DNA from: Gemmatimonadaceae bacterium
GTDB taxonomy: Bacteria > Gemmatimonadota > Gemmatimonadetes > Gemmatimonadales > Gemmatimonadaceae
Assembly (NCBI GenBank): GCA_051859245.1
Contig: JBHYGA010000005.1
Coordinates: 731,537-795,536, forward strand
Direction: 5' to 3'
DNA: 64,000 nucleotides
Shown: positions 20,875-29,985 of the stretch, one piece after another
Numbering within the stretch: position 1 is the stretch's first letter
Layout: each line of letters opens with the position of its first letter
Translations under genes and position numbers: made by a program
The notes under the pieces: model-generated
Told to the model about the DNA's origin: nothing
What the model saw: only the letters and a program-made list of their open reading frames with translations
Database searches by the model: none

Positions 20875-21405
20875 ATGTCGCGCGCAGCGCCCAGCGCACC
20901 GCTGCCCAGAGGCAGTGTGGGGTTCTGGGCGATTATACTGCTGGTGGTGGCAACAGATGCGGCCACCAAAACGTGGGCCGCGAGCACCTTGCTGCCGCGG
21001 CATACGCCGCATTCGGTGATTGGCACGGTGGTGCAGTTCACGCTCTCGTACAATCCCGGCGCTGCGTTTGGCATGTCGGTCGGCGCGTACTCGCGGTGGT
21101 TCTTCGCGATTCTGGCGCTGATCATTATTGGGGTGCTGTTGCACACCACGCGTGAGCTGGTCGACGAATCACGCATCGCATCGATTGGCCTGCCGCTGGT
21201 GATTGGCGGTGCCTTGGGAAATTTTCTGGATCGTCTGCGCTACCGTGATGGCGTGGTGGACTTCATCGACATCGGAGTGGGTAGCGTGCGGTTCTGGACG
21301 TTTAATGTGGCCGATACGGGCGTCACGCTTGGTGCCTGTTGCCTAATTGTGGCCTTGTGGCAAATCGAGCGTGCGCGCGCGAAACAGACGCGTGTGAACT
21401 CGTGA
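20875..21405 (+). CDS. lspA: Lipoprotein signal peptidase II (copy 2)
   Basis: DAATK, NPGAAFG, GALGNFLDR, VVDFI, FNVAD. Confidence 0.93.
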   Translation: MSRAAPSAPLPRGSVGFWAIILLVVATDAATKTWAASTLLPRHTPHSVIGTVVQFTLSYNPGAAFGMSVGAYSRWFFAILALIIIGVLLHTTRELVDESRIASIGLPLVIGGALGNFLDRLRYRDGVVDFIDIGVGSVRFWTFNVADTGVTLGACCLIVALWQIERARAKQTRVNS

Positions 21406-22406
21406 GTGCGCTGCCGGGACACGTTGAGTCGTCGCACACGGTTGGTGTGCACGCGGGTGAGCGCCTCGATTTGTATGTGGCCAGCCAGTGCAATCTCTCG
21501 CGCACGCAGGCCGCCACGCTGATTGCCAACGGTCATGTGCAGGTAAACGGCGGGCACGAAAAAGCGAGCTATCGCACGCTGTCGCGCGATGTGGTGCACG
21601 TGGTGATTCCACCGCCCCCCGGTCGCGAAGTGCTGCCGGAGAGTTTGCCGCTGCGCATTGCGTACGAAGACGACGACATGCTCGTGGTGGACAAGGACGC
21701 GGGCATGGTAGTGCATCCCGCGCCCGGCAACTGGAGCGGCACGCTTGTGAACGCCCTGGTTGGTCGCGGGAATCCTCTGGCCACCGGTGGTGGTGAAGAG
21801 CGACCGGGCCTGGTGCACCGTCTCGATAAGGAAACGAGTGGGCTGTTGGTGGTGGCCAAGACGGAATTCGCACACCGCACGTTGAGCGCGGCACTCGCTG
21901 CCCGCACGATCCGCCGACGCTACGCTGCGCTCTGTTGGGGACACCTGAAAGAAGAGCGCATTGGTGTGGATGCGCCGCTTGCGCGTGATCCGAAAGACCG
22001 CCAGCGCATGGCGATTGTCAGCACCGGCAAAAAAGCACGCACCACGTTTGTGCGTGTGGCACGCTTTGACAGTGTGGATCTCGTCCGCGCGCACCTGCAC
22101 ACGGGGCGCACGCATCAGATTCGTGTGCACTTGTCATCGATCGGACATCCGGTCGTGGGCGACGATACCTATGGAGGTGGTGGAGGGCGTCGGCTTGCGT
22201 CTTTGCCGCCCCGTCGTCATTTCCTGCATGCCGCGTGGTTGCTGCTTCCGCATCCGGTCACGGGCAAGCTCATTGAGTTGCGCAGTCCGTTGCCCGATGA
22301 CCTGCGCGCATCGCTCGTTGCCGTGGCGCGACTGCCTGAGTTGAATGATCACCCCGATCCCCTCGACGCCCTTGGCTTCTTTCACGTCGATCCCGACGAT
22401 CCCTGA
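21402..22406 (+). CDS. rluD: RluA-family (RluD-like) pseudouridine synthase
   Basis: S4 domain (ERLDLYV), VDKDAGMVVHP, VHRLDKETSG, TGRTHQIRVH, HPVVGD. Confidence 0.92.
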   Translation: MSALPGHVESSHTVGVHAGERLDLYVASQCNLSRTQAATLIANGHVQVNGGHEKASYRTLSRDVVHVVIPPPPGREVLPESLPLRIAYEDDDMLVVDKDAGMVVHPAPGNWSGTLVNALVGRGNPLATGGGEERPGLVHRLDKETSGLLVVAKTEFAHRTLSAALAARTIRRRYAALCWGHLKEERIGVDAPLARDPKDRQRMAIVSTGKKARTTFVRVARFDSVDLVRAHLHTGRTHQIRVHLSSIGHPVVGDDTYGGGGGRRLASLPPRRHFLHAAWLLLPHPVTGKLIELRSPLPDDLRASLVAVARLPELNDHPDPLDALGFFHVDPDDP

Positions 22407-22944
22407 AGAACAGCAGGACGAGCGCCCGCGGGTGCTCGTCGTGTCCGTCGTGGGACAACTCTGCGCCTTGCCGATTGAGCTGGTGCGCGAGGTGATCAGA
22501 CCAAAGAGCATTACGCCGATTCCTGGCGCACCCGCGGTGGCGAGCGGTTTGGTCAACGTGCGCGGCATGGTGGTCACGGTGCTCGATCTGGCCGCCGCCC
22601 TGCGCATGGACGGTGTGCCGTTGGCCGAGACGGTAACGGAACGCGCCAGCGGTGAACCGTTACTTCGTGCCGTCGTCCCGTCATCAATCGTCCTGCTTGA
22701 GCATGGCAGCCGCGTTGTCGGTGTGGCCGTTGATGCAGTGCACGATGTGCGGCCGCTTGACGCGGGTGTCGCATCTGCCGGGGAAGAGGCGTTGGCGGCG
22801 TCCGGAAGTGCCGGCCCTGACAACGCTGATGAACCACCACGAATCGCGCGTGGTGTTGCGAGTGCGGGTGACGACATCGTCATGCGTCTCGACCTGGGTG
22901 CGCTCCTCGCACGTGTAATGCTCTCTTCGGAGGAAGGACCGTGA
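22345..22944 (+). CDS. cheW: Chemotaxis coupling protein CheW (1)
   Basis: LPIELVREVI, ITPIPGAP..GLVNVRG..VTVLDL, VGVAVDAV. Start uncertain, overlaps rluD end. Confidence 0.85.
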   Translation: MITPIPSTPLASFTSIPTIPEEQQDERPRVLVVSVVGQLCALPIELVREVIRPKSITPIPGAPAVASGLVNVRGMVVTVLDLAAALRMDGVPLAETVTERASGEPLLRAVVPSSIVLLEHGSRVVGVAVDAVHDVRPLDAGVASAGEEALAASGSAGPDNADEPPRIARGVASAGDDIVMRLDLGALLARVMLSSEEGP

Positions 22945-23306
22945 GTCAGACCGTACTGATCTGCGACGACGCGATTTTCATGCGGACGATGGTCGGTGAC
23001 ATCTTGTCGCAGGCTGGCTTCGAAATCGTTGGCGAAGCAGAAACTGGCGTGCAGGCGGTGGAGAAATACCGTCAGCTCCAGCCGGATCTTGTGACGATGG
23101 ACATCGTGATGCCGGATATGGGTGGCATTGATGCCGTTCGTGAGATCACCAAAAACGATCCGAAAGCCCGCATCCTGATGTGCAGCGCCATGGGACAGCA
23201 GGCCCTCGTGGTCGAAGCCATTCAGGCTGGTGCCAAGGATTTTGTGGTGAAGCCGTTTCAGCCGAGTCGTGTGCTGGAAGCGGTGCAGCGCGTGCTCGCG
23301 GCGTAA
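22941..23306 (+). CDS. cheY: Single-domain response regulator CheY (Bacillus/DifD-like)
   Basis: DDAIFMR, DLVTMDIVMP, CSAMGQQ, AKDFVVKPF. Confidence 0.93.
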   Translation: MSQTVLICDDAIFMRTMVGDILSQAGFEIVGEAETGVQAVEKYRQLQPDLVTMDIVMPDMGGIDAVREITKNDPKARILMCSAMGQQALVVEAIQAGAKDFVVKPFQPSRVLEAVQRVLAA

Positions 23307-23342
23307 GCCGCCGCTCGAGTCAGGCACCGCAGGAGGCGCATC

Positions 23343-25292
23343 GTGGACATCGCGCGCTACGCCGAACTCTTTCGCACCGAAGCGCGCGAGCACCTCGCCA
23401 GCATAGACGCGGCGCTCGCCACGTTAGCGGATGATCGCGCGCCAGCCGAACAGAGCGACGCGATCGATTCGCTGTTTCGCTCAACGCACACGATCAAGGG
23501 CATGGCCGGCGCGATGGGCTACGCGTCGGTGGAACAACTCGCGCACGCCAGCGAAACACTGCTGGCCGCGGTGCGCGAAGCCGCTGTGCCCGCGGACAGT
23601 ACGCTCGTCACGCTGTGTTATGAAGCGGTCGACGCGCTGGCGCAGCACATTGATGATGCGGTGGACGGGCAGGAAGACCGACCCGTTGCCAAAGCGCTGC
23701 TCGAGCGGCTCGCGTCCATGGCGGACTCGATTGAAATGGATCGCGTGCAGCGTACGACCGCTACGTGGCGTGTACCGTCGCTGCAGGATCTTGCGGGCGC
23801 GGCCGAACCGATCGCTGTCGACGAACCGGCGGCGTCCACGATTGAGTGGGTCGTCGCGCCACGCGAAACGGCAGAAACAACGAGCACCACGCGACTGGTC
23901 GTCATCGCGCTCGCTCCCGACGCGCCACTCAAATCGGTGCGCGCCCAGCTGGTGGTGGCGAAGCTCGAAACACTCGGTAAGGTGCAGGGCACCGAACCGT
24001 CGGTACAGTCGCTGTCGGATACATTCGACGGGGCGTTCACGGTGTTGCTCGACACAAGCGCGAGCGACGAGAACATCGAACGGGCCGTGCGCAGCGCCGG
24101 TGACGTGGCGCGCGTGCAAGTGCGTGATCCCGTGGTGCGACGTGCGTCGCGCGATGTGTTGCGGCATGTGCGCATTGATCTCAAGCGGCTTGATTCACTG
24201 CTCGATCTGGTGGGTGAGTTGGTAATTACGCGCGACCGACTGTTGCGGGTGGCCGATGCGTCGGGTGATCGACAGGTCGCGGCTGCCGCGCACGATGCAT
24301 CGCGTCTGGTGAGTGCGCTGCAGGAGGAGATTCTTCAGGCGCGGATGGTACCGGTGGGTCAGGTGTTCGATCGCTTTCCGCGACTGGTGCGCGATGTGGC
24401 GCGCGAACTGGGCAAGGAGATCGCGTTCTCCATGGAGGGGCGCGACATCGCGCTCGATCGCTCCATGCTTGATGCCATTGGTGATCCGATTGTGCACCTG
24501 CTACGCAACGCGATTGATCATGGTATCGAGTCACCGGAACAGCGGGCGCAAACAAACAAGCAGCCGAATGGTCGTTTGATTCTGCGCGCACGGCGCGACC
24601 GCGCGGCCATCGTGATTGCCGTGGAAGACGATGGTCGTGGCATTGATCGCAGCAAAGTGCTGGACCGCGCCATGGCGGAAGGACGCGTGGAGCGCCATGT
24701 CAGCGCGTTGTCCGATGAAGACCTGGTCAAGTTGCTGGCGCAGCCCGGCTTCTCCACAGCCGCCACGGTGACGGCTGTGTCCGGTCGAGGTGTGGGGATT
24801 GATGTGGTCGCGAATCGCGTTCGCTCGCTCGGCGGGTCGCTGGAAATTGAGAGCGAGCCCGGTCGGGGCACAATTTTTTCCATGCGACTGCCCGTCACGC
24901 TGGCCATTGTGCGTGCGCTGCTTGTGCAGGTGGGCGATCACACCTACGCGGTGCCTGCGGCCCACGTGGTGGAAGCGGTGGAGTTCGACGACGTCGCACG
25001 CCTCACGCTGCGAGGGAAAGAGGCCGTGTCCATGCGCGACGAAGTGGTGCCGCTGGTACGACTTCGTCGTGTGTTCGGGGTACCGCCGGCAGACGACGCC
25101 GGTGCGCAGCTTCTGATCGTGGACACAGGCGGCCGGCGCATCGCCTGTAAGGTGGACGCCCTGCTCGGACAGCAGGATATCGTGGTCAAAGCCTTTGATG
25201 CCGTGACGGGATCCTCGTCTCTGTTCAGCGGCGCGACAATTCTCGGTGACGGGAGCCCTGCGCTCATCGTCGATGTAGGAAGCCTCGCCTGA
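23343..25292 (+). CDS. cheA: Chemotaxis histidine kinase CheA
   Basis: HPt FRSTHTIKGMA, P2-like domain, LDLVGELVI, HLLRNAIDHG, DDGRGI, GFSTA, SGRGVGIDVV, C-terminal CheW domain. Confidence 0.97.
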   Translation: MDIARYAELFRTEAREHLASIDAALATLADDRAPAEQSDAIDSLFRSTHTIKGMAGAMGYASVEQLAHASETLLAAVREAAVPADSTLVTLCYEAVDALAQHIDDAVDGQEDRPVAKALLERLASMADSIEMDRVQRTTATWRVPSLQDLAGAAEPIAVDEPAASTIEWVVAPRETAETTSTTRLVVIALAPDAPLKSVRAQLVVAKLETLGKVQGTEPSVQSLSDTFDGAFTVLLDTSASDENIERAVRSAGDVARVQVRDPVVRRASRDVLRHVRIDLKRLDSLLDLVGELVITRDRLLRVADASGDRQVAAAAHDASRLVSALQEEILQARMVPVGQVFDRFPRLVRDVARELGKEIAFSMEGRDIALDRSMLDAIGDPIVHLLRNAIDHGIESPEQRAQTNKQPNGRLILRARRDRAAIVIAVEDDGRGIDRSKVLDRAMAEGRVERHVSALSDEDLVKLLAQPGFSTAATVTAVSGRGVGIDVVANRVRSLGGSLEIESEPGRGTIFSMRLPVTLAIVRALLVQVGDHTYAVPAAHVVEAVEFDDVARLTLRGKEAVSMRDEVVPLVRLRRVFGVPPADDAGAQLLIVDTGGRRIACKVDALLGQQDIVVKAFDAVTGSSSLFSGATILGDGSPALIVDVGSLA

Positions 25293-25343
25293 CCGGCGCG
25301 TCGCCTGACCGGCGCGAGACTTCTGACTTCTTCGGAGTGCACC

Positions 25344-25964
25344 ATGGAGGCCATCAGGACCCTCAAGTCCATCCAGCTCGATGCGTTGCGGGAAACCGCG
25401 AATATCGGGGCGGGCCACGCAGCCACTGCGTTGTCACAGATGACGGGCAGCACCATCATGATCAAGGTGCCCGCCATCAACATTGTGCAGCTGGAAGCCA
25501 TTCCGGCGCAGTTTGGTGACGAGGAAGAGCCCGTTGCCGCCGTGATGATGCACATGCTCGGCGATCTAAGCGGACGCACGTTGCTGGTGTTTCCCAAACC
25601 GACCGTGATGCGACTGGCCGAGTTGATGCTGCGTCGTCCGGTGGGCTCGTCCGTCGCGCTCGGTGAGCTGGAAACGTCGGCCATCAAAGAGGCCGGTAAC
25701 ATTCTGAGCGGCGCGTACATGAATGCGCTGTCGGATTTTCTGGGCATGTTGTTGCTGCCGTCACCACCGTCGCTGGTGATTGACATGTCGGCCGCGGTGC
25801 TGAGCAGCGCCTACACACAGTTTGCGTCCGACCCGGATTCCGTGTTGTGCGTGGAAAGCGAGTTCATGCTCACGGATCTCGGACAATCGCTGCGCGGGTT
25901 CTTCCTGCTGCTGCCGGATCCGGCCTCGCTGCAGGTCATGCTGCGAGCGCTGCGGCTCGCCTGA
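25344..25964 (+). CDS. cheC: CheC phosphatase
   Basis: Two E-x-x-N motifs: DALRETANIGAGHAATALS and SAIKEAGNIL. Confidence 0.93.
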   Translation: MEAIRTLKSIQLDALRETANIGAGHAATALSQMTGSTIMIKVPAINIVQLEAIPAQFGDEEEPVAAVMMHMLGDLSGRTLLVFPKPTVMRLAELMLRRPVGSSVALGELETSAIKEAGNILSGAYMNALSDFLGMLLLPSPPSLVIDMSAAVLSSAYTQFASDPDSVLCVESEFMLTDLGQSLRGFFLLLPDPASLQVMLRALRLA

Positions 25965-25987
25965 CGGCGAGGACGTTGGGTCACCCG

Positions 25988-28807
25988 ATGTCTACGGAAC
26001 CGACGGCCGATCGCAACATCGCGCTGTTGCTGGCACTGGCCGGTCGCATTGACGCGACGGATCCCGGTGCCTGCAACAATCTTGGCGTGTTGTACTACTC
26101 CAAGGGGCTGCACGCAGAAGCGGTGCAGGCGTTCTTGCAGGCGCTCGCGATTGCACCGCGCATGCGCGTGGCGGCGCGCAACCTTGAAGTGGCCGCGGCG
26201 AACACCGGTGCATGCGATGCGTCCATCGCGGCACTCGAAGCGCGGCTGACCGGCGATTCAGCAGACCTGTCCGCTCGGCGGGAACTCGCGCGACTGTTCC
26301 GGTTCCTCGGTCGCGCGGCCGACGCCGCAGCACAGCTGGACGCACTTCTGGCCCAGGAGCCAGACGATGCGCTCGCACTCCGCGAATACGGCGTGCTTGA
26401 ACAGCAGGGTGGAGATCTTCGCAAAGCGCAGCGTTGGTTTGAGCGTGCGCTCGCGATTGAGCCGGACGATCCCACGACGCGCTTGCATCTCGCCGAAGTG
26501 CACTATCATCGTGGTGCCAACGAACAGTCGTTGCGCGAGTTGGATGCGCTGCTGCAACTCGATGATCGTGTTGCCGAAGCGCATCTGCTGCGCGGGTTCG
26601 TGCTCGGAGATATGGGCTACCACGAAGCGGCGGGTGAAGCCGCGCGTCGTGCGAATGCACTTGATCCGGCCATGGCCACGCTGGAGTCGGATCTCTCACT
26701 CGATCCGCGTCTCGCGCCCGCAAGCGGAGCGCCAGCCGGCAGTGTGCCCGCGATTCCAATTACGCGCGGACTGCTTGATACACCGGCTATGCTCGGCGTG
26801 GTGAGCAATCAGTCACTCGCGCGTCACAGCTTAGGTCTCGCATTCCGTCAACGCGGCTACTTTGCCGAAGCACGCCGCGAGTTTGAGCGCGCGGCCGCGC
26901 AGGGTGAAGACGCCATGATGGTGCGTCATGCGCTCGCCGAGCTGGATCTGGTGCAGGGGTTCCACGTTGACGCAAAGGCACGCTACGCCATGTTGCTCGA
27001 AGAGCGGGGCGACGACGCGCGGTTGTGGAATGAGCACGGTGTCGCGTTGCATCAGGCTGGTGATGTCGCTGCGGCCGCCGAGAGTTACCGTAAGGCGCTG
27101 CGTGTTGATCCGCGCTATGCGCTCGCGTACAACAACCTCGGTGTGGCGCTCGAAGATCTGGGCGACGGTGTGCCGGCGCGTGAAGCGTTGCAGCGTGCCA
27201 CAACACTCGATGCGACGCTCGTGCGTTCACGGTTGAATCTCGGCCGTTGGCACATGCGTCATCGCGATCCCATGGCGGCGCTGGCCATTCTGCGTGAACT
27301 GGTGGCGTTTCACCCCACGCTCTCAGACGCCTGGCACGAGATGGGACTGGCACTGCTCGCGTTGCACCGCGTAGACGAAGCACGCACGGCGGTGACCACG
27401 GCCATTGAGCACCGGCCCGATCACGCGGAAGCACGGTACACGCTGGCACAGGTACTCGGTTCGCTCGGCGATCATGATGGCGCACTGCGTGAAACACAGC
27501 ACGCGCTTGGTTTGGCGCCTGTCCGGTCAGCACCGCGTCTCACCGTGGAGATTGCGCTGCACGAGGAGTGCCCCGAGTCTGTTGGTCGACTCGATCTCTT
27601 GTCGGTGGCGGAGCCCGAGCCGCTGGTGGGGGCGGAGATTTCCGATGACGACGTGGCCGCGCTGTTGCCGGAACGCGCACCGGTGCCAGGCGCGCGCAAC
27701 GACGCTCCTGCGTTCACCCTGCAGCAGCGCCTTGAAGCGGCTGATGTGCTGCTGGGCAGCGGTCAACACGAGGCCGCGCAGCGCGAGGCTCAGGATGTGC
27801 TGGTGCAGTGCACTGCGGCGGTGCGAGAGGAGCAGCCTCTGCTGGAAGCACACGCCATTGCGTTGATTGCAGATTCGTTCGCCGCAGCCGGAGTGCATGG
27901 TGAAGCGTACGAACGCTACAGTCAGGTGCGTGCGTTGCTGAAGCGAGACTCCGGTGCGCGAAGCGCGATCGAGGGCATTGAGCGGCGTGCGTTGCTGGGT
28001 GAGATTCGCTCGGCCTGTTTGCTGGGTCGCGGCGCCGAAGTGATTGCGCTGGTGGAGCGATTTGGGTCGCACGACACGCAGGATGCCGATGTGCTCGCGT
28101 TGCTGGCTGCATCGCACGCTGCACTTGCGGATGCGTATGGTACACGTGTTGCGCGGGCCGCGATTGATCGGTTGTTGCGGCTTGATCCCAGGAGCGCCGC
28201 GCTGCTGCACTTTGTGGGTGACGCGGCGGTGCACATGGGAGAATCCACGTTGGCGGTCGTGTTGTATCGACGCGCCCTCACGATTGATCCAACGCGTCCG
28301 TCGCCGCGTGTGGCGATTGCCCAGTTGCTGCATGCGAGCGGCAATCATCTGGCGGCCCGACTTGAACTCGTAGCGGCGTTGGCGACGGCGCCGAACTTTC
28401 GCGAAGCACGACTTACGCTTGCACGCGTGCACCGCGACAGTCAGCGCCCGACCGAGGCAATTGCTGTACTGGCGTCGCATCTTGAACGCGAGCCCGCAGA
28501 CGTTGACGCGCTCGTGGCGCTCGCCGAGTCGCTGCGCGCGGCCAATCGTGCAGAAGATGCGCGCACGGCCGTGCAACGGGCACGTCGATTCGAACCCGAT
28601 CACCCGGAAGCATTGTGGATGGACGGCGTGTTGCTCGCCGATCAGGGACGTACGCGTGATGCACGCTCCCGGTGGGGTCGTCTGATTGCGATGGCGCCAG
28701 GGTCATCGGCAGCGACTCGTGCGCGCGATGCACTCGCCCTGGCGATCGAACGATTCACGCCCTCGTCCATGGCAACCGCAACGCCCGCACGTCGGGAGAC
28801 ACGATGA
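25988..28807 (+). CDS. Large cytoplasmic multi-TPR protein (~939 aa)
   Basis: Many TPR consensus units (ACNNLGVLYYSKG, AYNNLGVAL, AWHEMGLAL). No signal peptide. Confidence 0.88.
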   Translation: MSTEPTADRNIALLLALAGRIDATDPGACNNLGVLYYSKGLHAEAVQAFLQALAIAPRMRVAARNLEVAAANTGACDASIAALEARLTGDSADLSARRELARLFRFLGRAADAAAQLDALLAQEPDDALALREYGVLEQQGGDLRKAQRWFERALAIEPDDPTTRLHLAEVHYHRGANEQSLRELDALLQLDDRVAEAHLLRGFVLGDMGYHEAAGEAARRANALDPAMATLESDLSLDPRLAPASGAPAGSVPAIPITRGLLDTPAMLGVVSNQSLARHSLGLAFRQRGYFAEARREFERAAAQGEDAMMVRHALAELDLVQGFHVDAKARYAMLLEERGDDARLWNEHGVALHQAGDVAAAAESYRKALRVDPRYALAYNNLGVALEDLGDGVPAREALQRATTLDATLVRSRLNLGRWHMRHRDPMAALAILRELVAFHPTLSDAWHEMGLALLALHRVDEARTAVTTAIEHRPDHAEARYTLAQVLGSLGDHDGALRETQHALGLAPVRSAPRLTVEIALHEECPESVGRLDLLSVAEPEPLVGAEISDDDVAALLPERAPVPGARNDAPAFTLQQRLEAADVLLGSGQHEAAQREAQDVLVQCTAAVREEQPLLEAHAIALIADSFAAAGVHGEAYERYSQVRALLKRDSGARSAIEGIERRALLGEIRSACLLGRGAEVIALVERFGSHDTQDADVLALLAASHAALADAYGTRVARAAIDRLLRLDPRSAALLHFVGDAAVHMGESTLAVVLYRRALTIDPTRPSPRVAIAQLLHASGNHLAARLELVAALATAPNFREARLTLARVHRDSQRPTEAIAVLASHLEREPADVDALVALAESLRAANRAEDARTAVQRARRFEPDHPEALWMDGVLLADQGRTRDARSRWGRLIAMAPGSSAATRARDALALAIERFTPSSMATATPARRETR

Positions 28808-29901
28808 GTCTCGAAGGCACGATTCGCGATCTTGGATTGCACGAAGTGGGGCAGCTGCTTTCGTTGAGCCGCAAGAGCGGCGTGCTCAGCGTGTCGTCGC
28901 TGCTGCGCGGACGTCGCGCCTGGATTCGATTTGCTGAAGGTGCCATTGTCGACGCTGGCGCAGACGATCCACCGGGTGCCGGCGAGGCCACCAGCGACGC
29001 GGCGAGCGGATCGCGACCACACGTGGAAGAGCAGGTACTCGACGTGCTGGCGTGGCGCGAAGGGAGATTTGCGTTTGCGCCTGAACCCGTTGGTGCGGCG
29101 AGTGCAAGTCGCGTGCGCATTCCTACCGATGCGATGCTCGTGGAATCGGCGCGTCGCGACGATGCATGGCAGCAGTTGGCAGATCGTGTACCATCGGCCG
29201 ATGTCGTGCCTTCCTTTGTGGACGTTGAGCCCAAAGCGCTCCCCTTGCTGCGCCTTGTGCCGCAGGAGTGGGAAGTCCTCACGCGAGTGGACGGGGTACG
29301 CACGCTGCGCACGCTGGCGCAGCTCCTGCAGCGCGATGTGATCGAGGTGGCCGGCATCGTGCATCGCCTCGTCGGTACGGGGTTGCTCACCGTGCGCGAG
29401 GGTGGTGCGCCGCGTCGCGTCATCACGCCGGTAAGCGGGGACATCGTGGAATCCGAGCTTTGGATTCCGCCCACCGCTGAAATGGCCGTATTCGACGCGG
29501 ATGCTGATCCCGATGATCTGGTCTTTGATCCGCTGCGCGCCGGCCTGCTGACCCCGCATGGTTCGCCGCGAATTACGCCGCACACCTTGTCCACACGCGG
29601 CTCGGAAACCCCAGTGAGCACCGTCACGCCCCCGGCACGACCAGCGGTTGCGTTCGAGGGGGCCGAAACGTCCTTGTCGGGGAGCCCGACGCACGCGGGA
29701 ACCGATGTCAAACCGGATGCGAGTGGCCTGCGCGAGCTGGGTGACTCGGCCGCTCGACGCGGTGACTTCACGTTGGCGCTCACCCACTGGAGTGCGTATC
29801 TGCGCGTGGCCGATCACGACCGCGATGCGGACCGCGTTCGTGAAGCGATTGGACTCGCGGCGCGACTTCAGGCGTTACTGCATCCAGCGTCGACTGAGTG
29901 A
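28804..29901 (+). CDS. DUF4388 (PATAN) domain protein with winged-helix-like and C-terminal TPR-like segments
   Basis: MSLEGTIRDLGLHEVGQLLSLSRKSGVL...WREGRFAF...DAMLVESARRDD. ATGA overlap with TPR gene. Confidence 0.85.
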   Translation: MSLEGTIRDLGLHEVGQLLSLSRKSGVLSVSSLLRGRRAWIRFAEGAIVDAGADDPPGAGEATSDAASGSRPHVEEQVLDVLAWREGRFAFAPEPVGAASASRVRIPTDAMLVESARRDDAWQQLADRVPSADVVPSFVDVEPKALPLLRLVPQEWEVLTRVDGVRTLRTLAQLLQRDVIEVAGIVHRLVGTGLLTVREGGAPRRVITPVSGDIVESELWIPPTAEMAVFDADADPDDLVFDPLRAGLLTPHGSPRITPHTLSTRGSETPVSTVTPPARPAVAFEGAETSLSGSPTHAGTDVKPDASGLRELGDSAARRGDFTLALTHWSAYLRVADHDRDADRVREAIGLAARLQALLHPASTE

Positions 29902-29985
29902 AGCGCCCGTCACCCGACGGGATTTTCAGCACCACATTGCGTTTTCGTCCGACGTGTGCAACGCGCGTCACCGAGGAGCGAGCAC

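Noticed and set aside
29587..29595. DnaA-box-like TTGTCCACA upstream of mglA and the tandem-DnaA gene
   Set aside because: Single copy inside a coding region, compatible with chance, and the nearby protein lacks the box-binding domain.
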